Assembly (NCBI RefSeq): GCF_039654945.1
Contig: NW_027361830.1
Location: forward strand, 1 to 64,000
DNA from: Dendrobates tinctorius
Lineage: Eukaryota
Length of the DNA stretch: 64,000 nucleotides
Reading direction: 5' to 3'
In this document: piece by piece, positions 34,336 through 47,182 of the stretch
Layout of the letters: every line of letters begins with the position of its first letter
Numbering within the stretch: the stretch's first letter is position 1
Notes under the pieces: generated by a model
Databases searched by the model: none
Told to the model about the DNA's origin: nothing
What the model saw: only the letters and a program-made list of their open reading frames with translations
Made by a program: the position numbers and the translations under genes

Positions 34336-36942
34336 CTGGATACCATGTTTTGGCATAGGTGGTTTCCTTCATTGGAGACTGCCCTTCCCGTGGTTGTTCC
34401 TTCCTGGGGAAAGACCTGGCTAGTTATTGCTTGCGTTGAGAAACGTGATGGTGTCTCCGCGGCTTGTGTTTTGCATGTTTTATTACATACCGTCCTGTCT
34501 TGTTAGCTGTATAATGCAATGGCTAGGAAAGTTTCCTTTCTAATGGAGATGATGGACTGGTCGTCTGGTCACCGGGTCCTCCATCAGCAGTCATTTTATA
34601 TCTAAAAAGAGAGGGGACTTTGTAATAAAAGAGGGCACTGTTAATAACAAAATTAAAAAGAATACACTATGTAAGAGACAGCACTATACATAAGAGCAGA
34701 GGAAGCTATATAATAAGGGACGACACCATATATAACTAGAGAGGATGGTAGGTAATAAGGGACAGTGTTATACATAATAAAAGAGGAAACTGTAACTAAG
34801 GATGGTGTTATACAGAATTAGTGAGTACACTATATACTAAGGGACTATGTTATACATAAAAAGTACGTATACTATATGCTAAGGGACTGTTAGACATAAT
34901 AAGTGAGTACACTATATACTAAGGGACTGTTAGATATAAGTGATAATAATGTCTTCCTCCACCTCCCCCTCCCCCTGTTCCTAAGTCAATTATAAGTCCA
35001 CCTTCCTCCCATCCCAATCCCCTACACCCCTCATTGTCGTCCTCTCCCCGCATCCCATTATTGCCCTCTTTCCCACCTATATCATTGCCTTCTCCCCTGC
35101 CACCCCATCATTGCCCTTTCCACCACCTCCATCATTGCCTTCTCCATCATTGCCTTCTCCACCACCCCCATTATTGCCTCCTTCCCCATCACTCCCATAT
35201 CGTCTTTTCCACTACCACTATCATTGCCTCCTCCCCATCACCCCCCATCATGGCCTTCTCCACCTACACACATCGATCCACACACAACACATACATACAC
35301 ATCCACTCCACACACATACTACATCATTGCCTTCTCCCATCACACTACATACATACACACACATAGTCACACTCACACACACAGCAGCAGTGACAGGCAG
35401 GACAGTACTTCACATGATGTCCGCTCCGCAGTATCACTGCCTCCACCCTCCACAGCTGCTTCCTGTGTCTCTGGAACAGCAGCTGTGCCGCTGAATGATG
35501 AAGTCATTCAGCGGTGCGCTCCTCTATGTGTCAGAGAGACACAGGAAGCGCTGGCGCCGGGCAGGAAGGATCCTTGCAGCTCCACTCCTGCTGTTTTCTC
35601 TTGCAGGCAGCGGAGCTGTTGGGATCTCTCCCTGCCCGCCGCTACACGAGGGCAATCTGGCCAGGGGCCCCCCGGAGCCTCCGGCCCGGAGAAACCGGCC
35701 AGATTGCCCTCATCATTAGCCGCCCTCCAGGGACCCCCTGGAGCCTCTGGGCCCCGATGCAATGCACCGGTTGAACCGGCAGTATGTCCGCCCATGAGCA
35801 TGTCAATTTCTTTTGTGGCTACACATGTGGATTTCCCCCATAGACTGGCACTAATGTCCGCTAGTTTGCATAATAGGTTCGGATATTTCAAAACCGCAGC
35901 AGATCCTGAACGTAGGAGCGTACCCTAAACCAGTAAATTGTGCAACCAAGTATTACTTAAAGCGAACCTGTCAGTAGTTTTGGCCGATCTAAGATGCGGC
36001 CACCGCCTTTCAGGGCTTATCTACAGCATTCTGTAATGCTGTAGATAAGCCCCCGGTCTAACCTGAAAGATAAGAAAAATAAGCTTCATTATACTCACGG
36101 GGGGGTGTCAGTTCGGTCCGATGAGAGGCGCCGGATCCGGACCTGCGACACCTATCTTGTGATGCCGCCCTCCTGCTTGCTTCATGGCTCCCCGGCATTG
36201 CGCTCCTGCACAGGCTTACTTATCTGCCCTGTTGAGGACAGAGCAAAGTACTACAGTGCGCAGGGGTTTGGCCTCTGACTTTTCCCTGCGCACTGCATTA
36301 CTTTTACTCTGCCCTCCACAGGGCAAAGAGATACGCCTGCGGAGGAGCACGATGCCGGGGAACCTGTGAAGCAAGCAGGAGGGCGGCATCGGAAGGTGAT
36401 GGGAAGTGCCGGACCTGTGACATCTATCGGACCCCCCCCCGGTGAGTATAATGAAACTTATTTTTATCTTTCAGGTCAGACTGGGAGCTTATCTACAGCA
36501 TTACAAGAAACAATTGAAGCAAGACCAATGTCCTACCTCTAGCTGCAATCTAGCCTGCACTAGAACCTTCAGTAACAAGGACGTACCTAATATTATTGGC
36601 TGCTTAAGTGGCTCCTTGCAAGAATTCCTGAGATATTACAAATATATATAACAAAAGCTAGTCAGTATCCTAGAAGAGATTATCCTATGCGAGGTTGCCA
36701 CCAGGAATTTCAGGGTCCTATACTGGCAAATTTTTCGGGTTCCCTTGAGACTTCCCTCGAACCTTCCACAGGCCCACTGCCCACTTCTGCACCACGTCGT
36801 CACCAATAACACATTAACACTTCCCATAGAACACCAGGTCACATACATAGCTATCAGCTTTTGTTTTATCCAAAAGATTTAAGCCACCGCCACTACAAGG
36901 CAGACTCTCTTGGCTGGGCCATACTCTTCTGTAACCTATTAA

Positions 36943-39208
36943 CCCCTTAACGACCAAGCCATTTTGTAGGTTAAAGACCAGGCCTTAATTTTGAAATCTG
37001 ACCACTGTCACTTTATATAGTTATAACTCTGGAACGCTTCAACGTATCCCGCTGATTCTGAGATTTTTTTTTTTCGTGATATATTGTACTTCAGGTTAGT
37101 GGTAAAATTTCTTTGATATGACTTGTTTTATTTATGAAAAAAATGGAAATATGGCAAAAAAAATTTAAAATTTTGCAATTTTCAAACTTTTAATTTTTAT
37201 GCCCTTAAATCAGAGAGATATGTCGCAAAAAAGTTAAACAAAATTTCCCACATGTCTACTTTACATCAGCACAATTTTGGAACCAACATTTTTTTTTCTT
37301 AGGAAGTTATAAGGGTTAGAAGTTGACCAGCAATTTCTCATTTTTCCAACAAAATTTACAAAACCATTTTTTTTAGGGACACCTCACATTTGAAGTGAGT
37401 TTGGGGGGGGGGTCAATATAACAGAAAATACCCAAAAGTGACACCATTCTAAAAACTGCACCCCTCAAGGTGTTCAAAACCACACTCAAGAAGTTTATTA
37501 ACCGTTTAGGTACTTCACAAGAATTGAAGCAATGTGGAAGGAAAAAATGAACATTTAACTTTTTTCCCCAAAATTTTTATTTGGACACAATTTTTTTTAT
37601 TTCGTCATGGGTATCAGGAGAAAATGAACCACAATATTTGTTGTGCAATTTCTCCTGAGTACACCGATACCCCATGTGTGGAGGAAGACCAATCTTTAGG
37701 CGCACGGCAGTGCTCAGAAGGGAAGAAGCATCATTTGAGATTTTGAATGTCAAATTTGCTGGAATAATTAGCGGTTGCCATGTCGCGTTTGGAGAGCCCC
37801 TGATGTACCTAAACAGTGGAAACCCCCCACAAGTGACCCCATTTTGGAAACTAGACCCCCCCCAAGGAACTTATCTAAATGTGTTGAGCACTTTGAACCC
37901 CCAAGGGCTTCACAGAAAGTTATAACAGAGCCGTAAAATTAAAAAAATCTATTTTTTCCACAAAAATGATCTTCAATGAGCTATAATTTTTCCATATTTC
38001 GGCTGACAAAGTCATGTGCGGGCTTGATTTTTGCGGGAAGAGCTGACGTTTTTATTGGTACCATTTTCGGGCACAACTTTTTTTGATCATTTTTTGAATG
38101 AACAAAAACCAGCAATTTAGGAATGCTTTTTTGCCCCCCCCCCCCCCCTCCGTTCCGCCTGTGGTAAAATTAGTATGGCAGCTTTATTCTTTGGGTCACT
38201 ACGATCACTTTTTTTTTATGTTTTGGTGTTTTTGTACACAAAAACTTTTATAGAAAAAATATTTTTGCATCACTTTATTCTGCGAGCTATAACTTATTTT
38301 TTGCTGATGACGCTGTATAGCGGCTCGGATGACGTTTTCATCGGTACTATGTATATTCGTCTTTTTGATTGCGTGTTATTGCACTTTTTGCAAGCGGTAT
38401 GATGATACTGCTTGGAAAAAGTATAATTTGCTACTTTTTTGTGTTTTTTCTACGGCATTCACTGAACGGGTTAACTAGGGTGACACTTATGGATGGGATT
38501 TTTACGGACGTGGCGATACCAAACGTGTATTTTTTTTATTTTATTTTTTTACATAAAAGTAATTTTTAGGGAATTTTTATATTTAATAATTTTCTTTTAC
38601 ATATTTCAAAAATTTTTTACCTTGTCCCTTTATGGGACTTTCACTTTCGCTTTAGGTATAATACATTACAATGCTCCAGCATTGTAATGCATTATACCAA
38701 TGCTGAGAGCTGCTGACATCATGCTGTGAGCATGATCTCACCAGCTCTCCGTAGGTAAATTACCCTGAGGTTGTCATGACACCTCCGGGTCATCATGGCA
38801 CAGGTCGGGCCCCGCGATTACATCGCAGGGACGCCGACCTGAGGCAGAGGGAGCCCTCTGCCTCCCCCTCTGAACGCTGCGATCATCAGGGGCGGTGGGG
38901 GCTCCGCTCCTAGCTGTCAGCGCAGGACGCTCAGCCACTGCAGCGCTGGGCTCCTACACTGATCAAGCAAGGAGAAGCTCAAATTTCATCTTCTCCTGCT
39001 GATCAATGCTGTGTTTTGTCTGTCAGATTGACAAACCAATCACAGCGCTGTGGGTGCAAGGGTCCCTGCCCCCTTTCTGTCGGCACTGAACTGAAACTGC
39101 GTGTTTACACGCAGTGACAGTTCAAAGGCAGGACGTGCAGAGTCCGTCATGGTGCTGAAAGTTACCTCCTGCCATGACGGACTGTGCACGTCCATAGACA
39201 TTAAGGGG
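36943..39208. mobile_element. piggyBac-type non-autonomous element
   Basis: TTAA|CCCCTTAACGAC...GACATTAAGGGG|TTAA; no transposase ORF. Confidence 0.75.
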
Positions 39209-39410
39209 TTAAACATTTCTTAAACTATCCAATACTCTCTTTAGGTATATTTTTCTTTAAAGGAATGTGTCACATACATTTTTTTATTTTTTAAAATGAC
39301 CAATAATACCACATACAAGGAACAAATATTGTCACCATGGCCAGACCACCTACTACCATCACATAGTGGCCAAATACTACAATACTGATCATTAATAAAA
39401 AAAAAAAAAA

Positions 39411-39715
39411 AGTGCCATTATACACAGGAGCTCTGTATATAGAATCAGTGTACAGGTAATACAGTGATCACTAGTGCCATACACAGGAGCTCTGCATATA
39501 GTGTCAGTGTACAGGTAATAATTGTCACCAGTGACATTATACACAGGAGCTCTGTATATAGTGTCACAGGTAATACAGTGATCACCAGTGAATTATACAT
39601 AGGTGCTCTGTATATACTGTCAGTGTACAGGTAATACAATGACATTATACAAAGGAGCTCTGTATCTAGTGTATAGTGTACAGGTAATGCAGTGACTCAC
39701 CAGTGACATTATACA
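39411..39715. repeat. ~60-bp minisatellite, about 5 copies
   Basis: Tandem ATTATACACAGGAGCTCTGTATATAGTGTCAGTGTACAGGTAATACAGTGATCACCAGTG variants. Confidence 0.8.
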
Positions 39716-39717
39716 CC

Positions 39718-39890
39718 ATGAAGACCAAGGAGATCTTAAAACAAGTCAGGCACAAAGTTGTTGAGAAGTACAAGTCAGGGTTGGGTTATTAAAAAAAAAA
39801 AAAAAAAAAACCCAATCTCTGATGATCCCCCAGAGCACCATTATATCCATCAAATGGAAAGAACATGGTAGCACCACAAACCTGCAGAGA
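39718..39890 (+). pseudogene. Tc1 transposase 5' fragment
   Basis: ATGAAGACCAAGGAG..KQVRHKVVEKYKSGLGY, broken by an A-run. Confidence 0.6.
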
Positions 39891-40781
39891 GGGGGTAGCT
39901 CTCTAGTTATATGGAAAAATAAAATACATTTAACAAACTGATATAAACAAGTGATTGTTTTCTGCCAAAATTATCCTTTTCCTATATGTCCCAGTATATG
40001 TAGTTTCTTATTGATTAGGTTTCCACTTCTGTGTCTCCCACTTTTCAGGAGGAAGAGGAGCAACATCTGCACATCACTGTCATTTATGGGAGTTGAGAGC
40101 TATTTCAACATCTGAACATTTCACTATTCCTATGCAAGACCTCCACATCTCACCTGTACTCAGACATTTGTGTTATATCCAGTAGCTATGTCAAATGGTA
40201 TTCCGTCTTAAAGAGCCTATCTGGTTTAAACAGTTGCCCTGCATTATGCCCAGTGCAGAGTCTGAGGGGGTGGTGCAGTTATGGTGGTACTAGGCAAAAC
40301 ACGGTGAGAACTACATCCACGCAGTGTCCCCCAGAAAGTGACTGATCTTAGTACTTACCTGTTAATGCCATGGTTTCCTCTTGAACCCAGAAACACATCT
40401 AAGTAACACACATGCCCAACCTGCCTTAGTAACTGCAGCTTTTACATGCTCTGGTGCAATGGAATACTTGGTTAAGGTTGGATCCTGCTTACTGGAGTTT
40501 TAGTTTTTCCTTTATAACAGTTCCTTGGACCTCCCAGCAACCAGCTGTAATTATGTAAAAACCTGCCATCAGTAGCTCAATTCCCCACTGTGCCCCCACA
40601 AAAAAAAATAAAGTATTATATTTGGTGTCTGATTAAATTGCATATACAGGTTGTCGTTTCCATACACTCTGTTCAGATTAAATAGCAGAGGTCCTGAACG
40701 ATCGTTGGACATGACAAAAAGTAAAATGAAAGACTCTACTTATCACCATAAGAAAATAAAGTTTTAACTGTAGGATAAAAA

Positions 40782-40787
40782 TTTATT
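40782..40787 (-). terminator. Probable PSMG4 polyadenylation signal
   Basis: AATAAA on the minus strand about 290 nt after the stop codon, with an upstream TGTA. Confidence 0.55.
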
Positions 40788-41077
40788 TTGGACATTGAAT
40801 GTACAGCACTGCAAAATAGTGCGGATTTAATTGAATTATTTCCAGGCATGGAGAATGAGATCATAATTTTAGTAATCTCACTTAAGTATGCGAGCCTCAT
40901 CCCCACCGAATCCACTAATACATATAAATCTTGTAAGAGGCTAATGTTTTGCAGTCACTCTTAACACATCAGCGTCCGTGTGCTTTAAAGCCCAGCATTT
41001 CCATCTAGTAGGGAGGGTAGGAACTGTCCAACCCAAGCAGTCTGATGGGTCCTCAGCCAGCCAAGGACGGGTCATCT

Positions 41078-41199
41078 TTAGAACTTCTCAGGAAAGGATT
41101 CCATCTCCTCCTTGATCCGTTTCTCTACTAGCAGCATGAGCTGGCTGTCATTGGTTGGGATGTTGACACTAGCAAACACTTGCTTCTTGGTCTTCTTCG
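41078..41199 (-). CDS. PSMG4: PSMG4 exon 3 (terminal)
   Basis: ttatag|CG AAG AAG ACC...AAG TTC TAA; (A)KKTKKQVFASVNIPTNDSQLMLLVEKRIKEEMESFPEKF*. Confidence 0.95.
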
Positions 41200-41903
41200 C
41201 TATAACACATTGGTTCAAAAAAAAAAAAAGTATTAGATCCACATGGGACGTTAATTATGTCTGGTCTACAACAACCATAAGCTGCAAAAAAAAATCCTTT
41301 ACAATGTTACCAAGATAATGACCCTGTCATTCAATCACCATTGGGGCACAGTCAGATGACTGTATAAATCGGACTAATATCAGAACGCAGGGCAGGGATT
41401 GGTCGGCAGCTCTCCTGAACAATGCATGGAAATACATGAAGCGGTCACACTCAGGTTGGGAGAGTCGCCGGCCAGTCCACGTACAGCGCTCTTATCTCGA
41501 CCGGCTGACTGCACTCTTATTATCGGACATAGTATTTTACTGTTTGCAAACTAATAAGTCATGCATATCAAATAAAAAGGTTCATGATGTGGTAGAATTG
41601 GGATAGTTAAGAACAGCTGCTTTAGTAAGTTGTGGTTGACTTACAGGGCAAGAGTACATGCAAAAGTAGCAGCCACCACCGTGACGCTGAATGGGGGTAG
41701 CCACACTAGTCACATAATACTGCAGCAGGCAAATGGCCATCTGCTGCATCTGTACCATCGAGGTAGATCATGGGGCTGTTGTGAAACCCAGAGAACTCTA
41801 AGCCCCTATTCATCCTATCCACTTGCTAATAGGTCACGAACACCTATACTAGATACCCCTTAAATTTTTTTTTTTTTTTTTAAATCTTCCAGCTCTCCTT
41901 TAA

Positions 41904-42287
41904 AGAAGTTGTCCACTACTTTGACAACCCCTTCTCATTCTCCACACTTGGCCCCGATAAAATAAAAAGCCTATACTCCACCTCCTGTGCTGGCAATATT
42001 CCCAATCAGCACTGGCATCACTTCCCCCTTTTTCAGACAAAATCAAACATGAAGAGGAAGTCTGAGTTGCAGCGGATCTCTGGCTTGCTCTTCATGTTCG
42101 ATTTGTCTGAAGGCAGGGACAGTGACGCCAGTGCTGATTGGGCACCGAGTCACGTGTGACAACACCGCACAAGAGCCCCGAGGAGAGAAAGTGCCGACAC
42201 CGTGGGAATGGTGCCGGTACGGGATGTGAGTATTGTCTATTTAAATCGAGGCCAAGCAAGGGATATGAGAAGTAGTGGACAACCCCT
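41904..42287. mobile_element. TTAA-target (T2/Kolobok-like) foldback MITE
   Basis: TTAA|AGAAGTTGTCCACTACTT...AAGTAGTGGACAACCCCT|TTAA with internal inverted arms. Confidence 0.75.
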
Positions 42288-42624
42288 TTAATAACAATGG
42301 AGGTTAAAGAAATATTCCCATCTCACACATTTATTTTGCACCCAATGGCCATAGAGAAGTGGTCATAATTTCTAGTAATTTGGTTGAGAATTCCAACCAC
42401 CTTTCCATTGACAGTGGAGCACATCAAGACCCAGTTCCTGAGACAGACATGGGTCTAATTGGTGGGATCCACTTCTACTATACAGTTACAGCACAACCTG
42501 TGGACATGATAAAATGTACAACATGGGAATACCCATTTAATGGCTGACCAAATCCAATTTAGGGTCTCCATGTTACTTGCGTAAGCTCAACACCAGATGT
42601 GAAGGCAGCCTTCGCAAACAACGT

Positions 42625-43270
42625 TGGATCTAGGAGTGCTGAGCCAAGGAGGCTGCTCACACTGCTGTCCACCCAGTATATCTAATCTAAAACTGGAGAT
42701 GAAAGGTGTGTCGAGGGAAGAGGCTACTCGCATTGCTGTCTACCCTGTCTTCTAATACTAGAGATACCAGCGGTGCCGAGCTAAGAGGCCGCTCACACTG
42801 AGGTCCAATCTGTATATTTGATCCAATACTGAAAATACCAGTGGCAATGAATTAAGAAGAGGCTGCTCACACTGCTGTCCACTCAGTGTATCAGATCTAA
42901 TACTAGAGATACCAGGGCTGCTGGGGTATGAAGAGGCTACTCATACAGCTGTCCATCCTGTCTTTCTGAACTAATACTAGAGATTCCAGGGGTACTGAGG
43001 TAAAAAGAGCTTGTTCCAACTGCTGTAATACAGGAGATACCAAGGATGCTGAGGCGAGAAGCAGTTGCTCACACTGCTGTCCACCTTGTGTATCTCATCT
43101 AATACTGAAGACATCATGAGGGTTATGGTGGTAAGAAGAGGATGCTCACAATACTGTCCACCCTGTCTATCTGATCCAATTCAGGAGATATCAAAGATGC
43201 TGGGGTAAAAAGCAGTTGCTCACACTGCTGTACACACCCTGTCCTTCTGATCTAATACTGGAGATACCTA
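42625..43270. repeat. Degenerate ~60-bp tandem repeat in PSMG4 intron 2
   Basis: Recurrent GCTGCTCACACTGCTGTCCACC...TCTAATACTAGAGATACCAG, about 10 copies. Confidence 0.75.
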
Positions 43271-43373
43271 CTGTATTAAACTTTCATACCAAGTTTAAGA
43301 ATGTGTATAACATTAGAAACTCAACATGTTCCCCTTTTGTCCTGCCATTGACTGATATGATACCAAATATGTA

Positions 43374-45119
43374 CAGTGCCTTGCGAAAGTATTCGGCCCC
43401 CTGGAACTTTTCAACCTTTTCCCACATATCATGCTTCAAACAAAGTTACCAAATGTAAATTTTTGGTGAAGAATCAACAAGTGGGACACAATTGTGAAGT
43501 TGAATGAAATTTATTGGTTATTTTAAATTTTTTGGGAAATTCAAAAACTGAGAAGTGGGGCATGCAATATTATTTGGCCTCTTTACTTTCAGTGCAGCAA
43601 ACTCACTCCAGAAGTTCATTGTGGATCTCTGTATGATCCAATGTTGTCCTAAATAACTAATGATAAATATAATCCACCTGTGTGTAATCAAGTCTACGTA
43701 TAAATGCACATGCTCTGTGATAGTCTCAGGGTTCTGTTTGAAGCACAGAGAGCATCATGAAGATGAAGGGACACAACAGGCAGGTCCGTGATACTGTTGT
43801 GGAGAAGTTTAAAGCTGGATTTGGATACAAAAGGATTTCCCAAACTTTAAACATCCCAAGGAGCACTGTGCAAGCGATCATATTGAAATGGAAGGAGTAT
43901 CATACCACTGCAAATCTACCAAGACATGGCCGTCCCCCTAAACTTTCATCTCAAACAAGGAGAAGACTGATCAGAGATGCAGCCAAGAGGCCCATGATCA
44001 CTCTGGATGAACTGCAGAGATCTACAGCTGAGGTGGGACAGTCTGTCCATAGGACAACAATCAGTCGTACACTGCACAAATCTGGCCTTTATGGAAGAGT
44101 GGCAAGACGAAAGCTATTTCTCAAAGATGTCCATAAAAAAGTGTTGTTTAAAGTTTGCAACAAGCCACCTGGGAGACACACCAAACATGTGGAAGAAGGT
44201 GCTCTGGTCAGATGAAACTAAAATCGAACTTTTTGGCAACAATGCCAAACGATATGTTTGGAGTAAAGGCAATACAGCTCATCACCCTGAACACACCATC
44301 CCCACTGTCAAACATGGTGGTGGCAGCATCATGGTTTGGGCCTGCTTTTCTTCAGCAGGGACAGGGAAGATGGTTAAAATTGATGGGAAGATTGATGGAG
44401 CCAAATACAGGACCATTCTTGAAGAAAACCTGTTGGAGTCTGCAAAAGACCTGAGACTGGGACGGAGATTTGTCTTCCAACAAGACAATGGACCTGTTGA
44501 AGTGCATTGGCAAGGAAACGGCTGTTGTCCGTCTTTTTACATCTCTCCCGTGCCGATGCCTATGCTTTGTCAATATGAAATAAAGTGAATCATTTCAAGA
44601 GAACGGTGAGTGCCATCCTCCTGTCTTTTTCTTCTACAATGGAAGGGTTCACAAATAAATGTATCCAGGTGTTAGAATGGCCAAGTCAAAGTCCAGACCT
44701 GAATCCAATCGAGAATGTGTGGAAAGAGCTGAAAACTGCTGTTTACAAACGATATCCATCAAACTTCACAGAGCTCGAGCTGTTTGCCAAGGAAGAATGG
44801 GCAAGAATTTCAGTCTCTCGATGTACAAAACTGATAGAGACCTACCCTAAGAGACTTGCAGCTGTAATCGCAGCAAAAGGTGGCGCAACAAAGTAGTTAA
44901 AGGGGACGAATAATATTGCACGCCCCACTTTTCAGTTTTTGTATTTCCACAAAAATGTAAAACAACCAATAAATTTCGATCAACTTCACAATTGTGTCCC
45001 ACTCGTTGTTGATTCTTCACCAAAAATTTACACTTGGTACAGTATCTTTATGTTTGAAGCATGATATGTGGGAAAAGGTTGAAAAGTTCCAGGGGGCCGA
45101 ATACTTTCGCAAGGCACTG
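43374..45119 (+). mobile_element. Tc1-like transposon with long TIRs, disrupted transposase
   Basis: TA|CAGTGCCTTGCGAAAGTATTCGGCCCCCTGG...CCAGGGGGCCGAATACTTTCGCAAGGCACTG|TA; ~200-bp inverted ends. Confidence 0.95.
43757..44896 (+). pseudogene. Tc1 transposase, frameshift near 44135 and foreign insertion at 44491-44632
   Basis: ORFs 43757, 44007 and 44585 together give paired HTH, WSDETK, FQQDN and SPDLNPIEN. Confidence 0.9.
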
Positions 45120-45257
45120 TATCTGGATACTTACATGTTTTTAATAGTTTTTTTAATAAAGAAACTATAATTTTTATTGGAACTTGGTGCCCTGTGAGAT
45201 GGATCTTCCTCCTCTTTTTCCCCCATGTCTTTTTATACAGTTATGGTATAAAGTATA

Positions 45258-46260
45258 CAGTGGCATGTAATAGTTTGGGCACATTGGATACATTTACTTT
45301 GTATTTTAGGCAAAAAACTTTTACATTTCAAAAAAAATATTACAAAAAGGAAAATGGGCTGATTAGATTAGATTAGATTAGATTAGATAAACTTTATTGA
45401 TCCCGGAGGAAATTACAGTATTACAGCAGCAGAACAAAGATCAAGAACATTACAAGAACAATACACACTTTACAAAATAAGTCTATATGGACAGCAGATG
45501 CGGATAGACTGATGCAAAAGTTTGGGCAATAAGTCTATATGGACAGCAGATGCGGATAGACTGATGCAAAAGTTTGGGCACCCTGCATGGTGTTATGTTT
45601 GCATGAAGAATTTGTTGAAATTTAAATGAATATATTCCTCCCTCTACCCGGGAAATGTTCCTGTTCCATTGGCTCAAACAACGCCAAAGCATGATTGATC
45701 TACCCCCATGCTTAATGGTTGGCAAGATGTTCTTTTCCTGAAATTGTGCCCTTTTTTTCTACACATACCTTTGATAATTGTGGCCAAAGAATTCTATTTT
45801 ACCCGCATCAGTCCACAGGACTTGTTTACAAAATTCATCAAGCTTGTTTACATGTTCTTTTGCATAGTTCTGAAGCGGCTGAATTTTATTGGGAGGATGC
45901 AGGAGAGGTTTTCATCTGATGACTCTTCCCTGAAGGCCTTATTTGTGCAGGTGTCTGTGAACGGTAGAACAATGTACCACAACTCCAGAGTCTGCTAAAT
46001 CTTTCTGAAGATCTTTTGCAGTCAAGCGGGTGTTACGATTTAACTCTCTAGCAATCCTACGACCAGCTCTTACTGAAATTTTGCTTGGTCTTCCTTACCT
46101 TATCTTGGCCGCCACTGTTCCTGTTAACTGCTATTTCATAATTACTTTTCCAACTGAGGAAAGGGCAATTTGTATTTTCTTATAGCTGCTTTGTGGGCCT
46201 CTACCATTTTCAGAATGCTAGGCAGCTGCTTAGAAAAACCCACAGCTGCTGTTTTAAGGA
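45258..46260 (-). mobile_element. Old Tc1 remnant with a nested LINE-like 3' tail
   Basis: TACAGTGGCATGTAATAGTTTGGGCAC end; minus-strand PTIKHGGRSIMLW; a (TTAGA)n-TAAACTTTATTGATCCC tail at 45361-45405. Confidence 0.55.
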
Positions 46261-46559
46261 GAGGGCATCATCCACATCAATTATAGAAGGAGGATGGCTA
46301 TCAGCAGCAGGGAGGGGTATGGAGACCGCAGAAACCACCCCCATCAGAACAGACCAACAGGATTAACGTCCAACATGGCAGAACTTCAAAAGAAAGGGCA
46401 ATGGCTAAAAGAAAAAAATGTAATAGATGTCCTCTCTAGCTAATAATCTGAAAGATTTGACAATTCCACATATGCTGGAATAAAAGCAGATGAAGGGCAC
46501 AAAACAAGTTTGGAAATTGGTTAAAAAAAAAAAAAAAAAAAAAGACAATAGACTCTCAC

Positions 46560-46635
46560 CTAATCTCTGTGCAAAAGAACCAGAAGTTGTATCAGATTTA
46601 TCCCCAAGAATCAGCGAAGACAAAGGCATGGAGTC
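46560..46635 (-). CDS. PSMG4: PSMG4 exon 2 (76 nt)
   Basis: ttgtag|GAC TCC ATG...AGA TTA G|gtgaga; DSMPLSSLILGDKSDTTSGSFAQRL; phases fit exons 1 and 3. Confidence 0.95.
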
Positions 46636-47182
46636 CTACAAATAAAGAGGGCAAGAAAAATGATTAGACCATTGCTGCCATCAGTCACGCATAATACAGG
46701 GAAATCATGCAGGTTGGCTTACACTACAGAGTGCACTGGGACAACAGAGGAGAAGACAAAGGTTTCGGGAGTGACGTGGGACACGTGTACATTTATACAT
46801 GCAAGTTCTCAAATTAAAAACACAAAAACCGCCCAACACCCGAAATACACAACAGAAAGGGGATTTCTCCATGATAAATGGGAACGAGGACATACCTCCT
46901 GTGCACAAGTTCCACATTTGGCAAACGTAACCTAATATATAGTATGGAGATTAAAATATGTCCCTGAACCAACCCTGGGAATATGATACACGTCCATTAA
47001 AATGTGGGCTCTTTTCACATACAGAAAAATGCTAGGAAACACGTTCACTGTAGACATTTTGTATTCTTTCCTAATATCTGGATACCAAGCAGGGCTTCCA
47101 CCATGCTTCCACCAATAGATGCCAGTGATTGCTACAGTCTAGTATAGTAGATCTTGTTACACAAATACAATACTACTGCAAA

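Larger units (their letters stand above)
33878..34477. mobile_element. Retrozyme-like non-autonomous element, inverted pair
   Basis: Arms about 33989-34192 / 34272-34477; TSD TTTTATTACATAC at 33862-33874 and 34478-34490; one hammerhead in each arm; no protein-coding capacity recognised. Confidence 0.8.

Noticed and set aside
35034-35928. Pro/His-rich ORFs up to 234 aa
   Set aside because: Low-complexity CCATCATTGCC and CA-rich repeat sequence lacking stops by composition.
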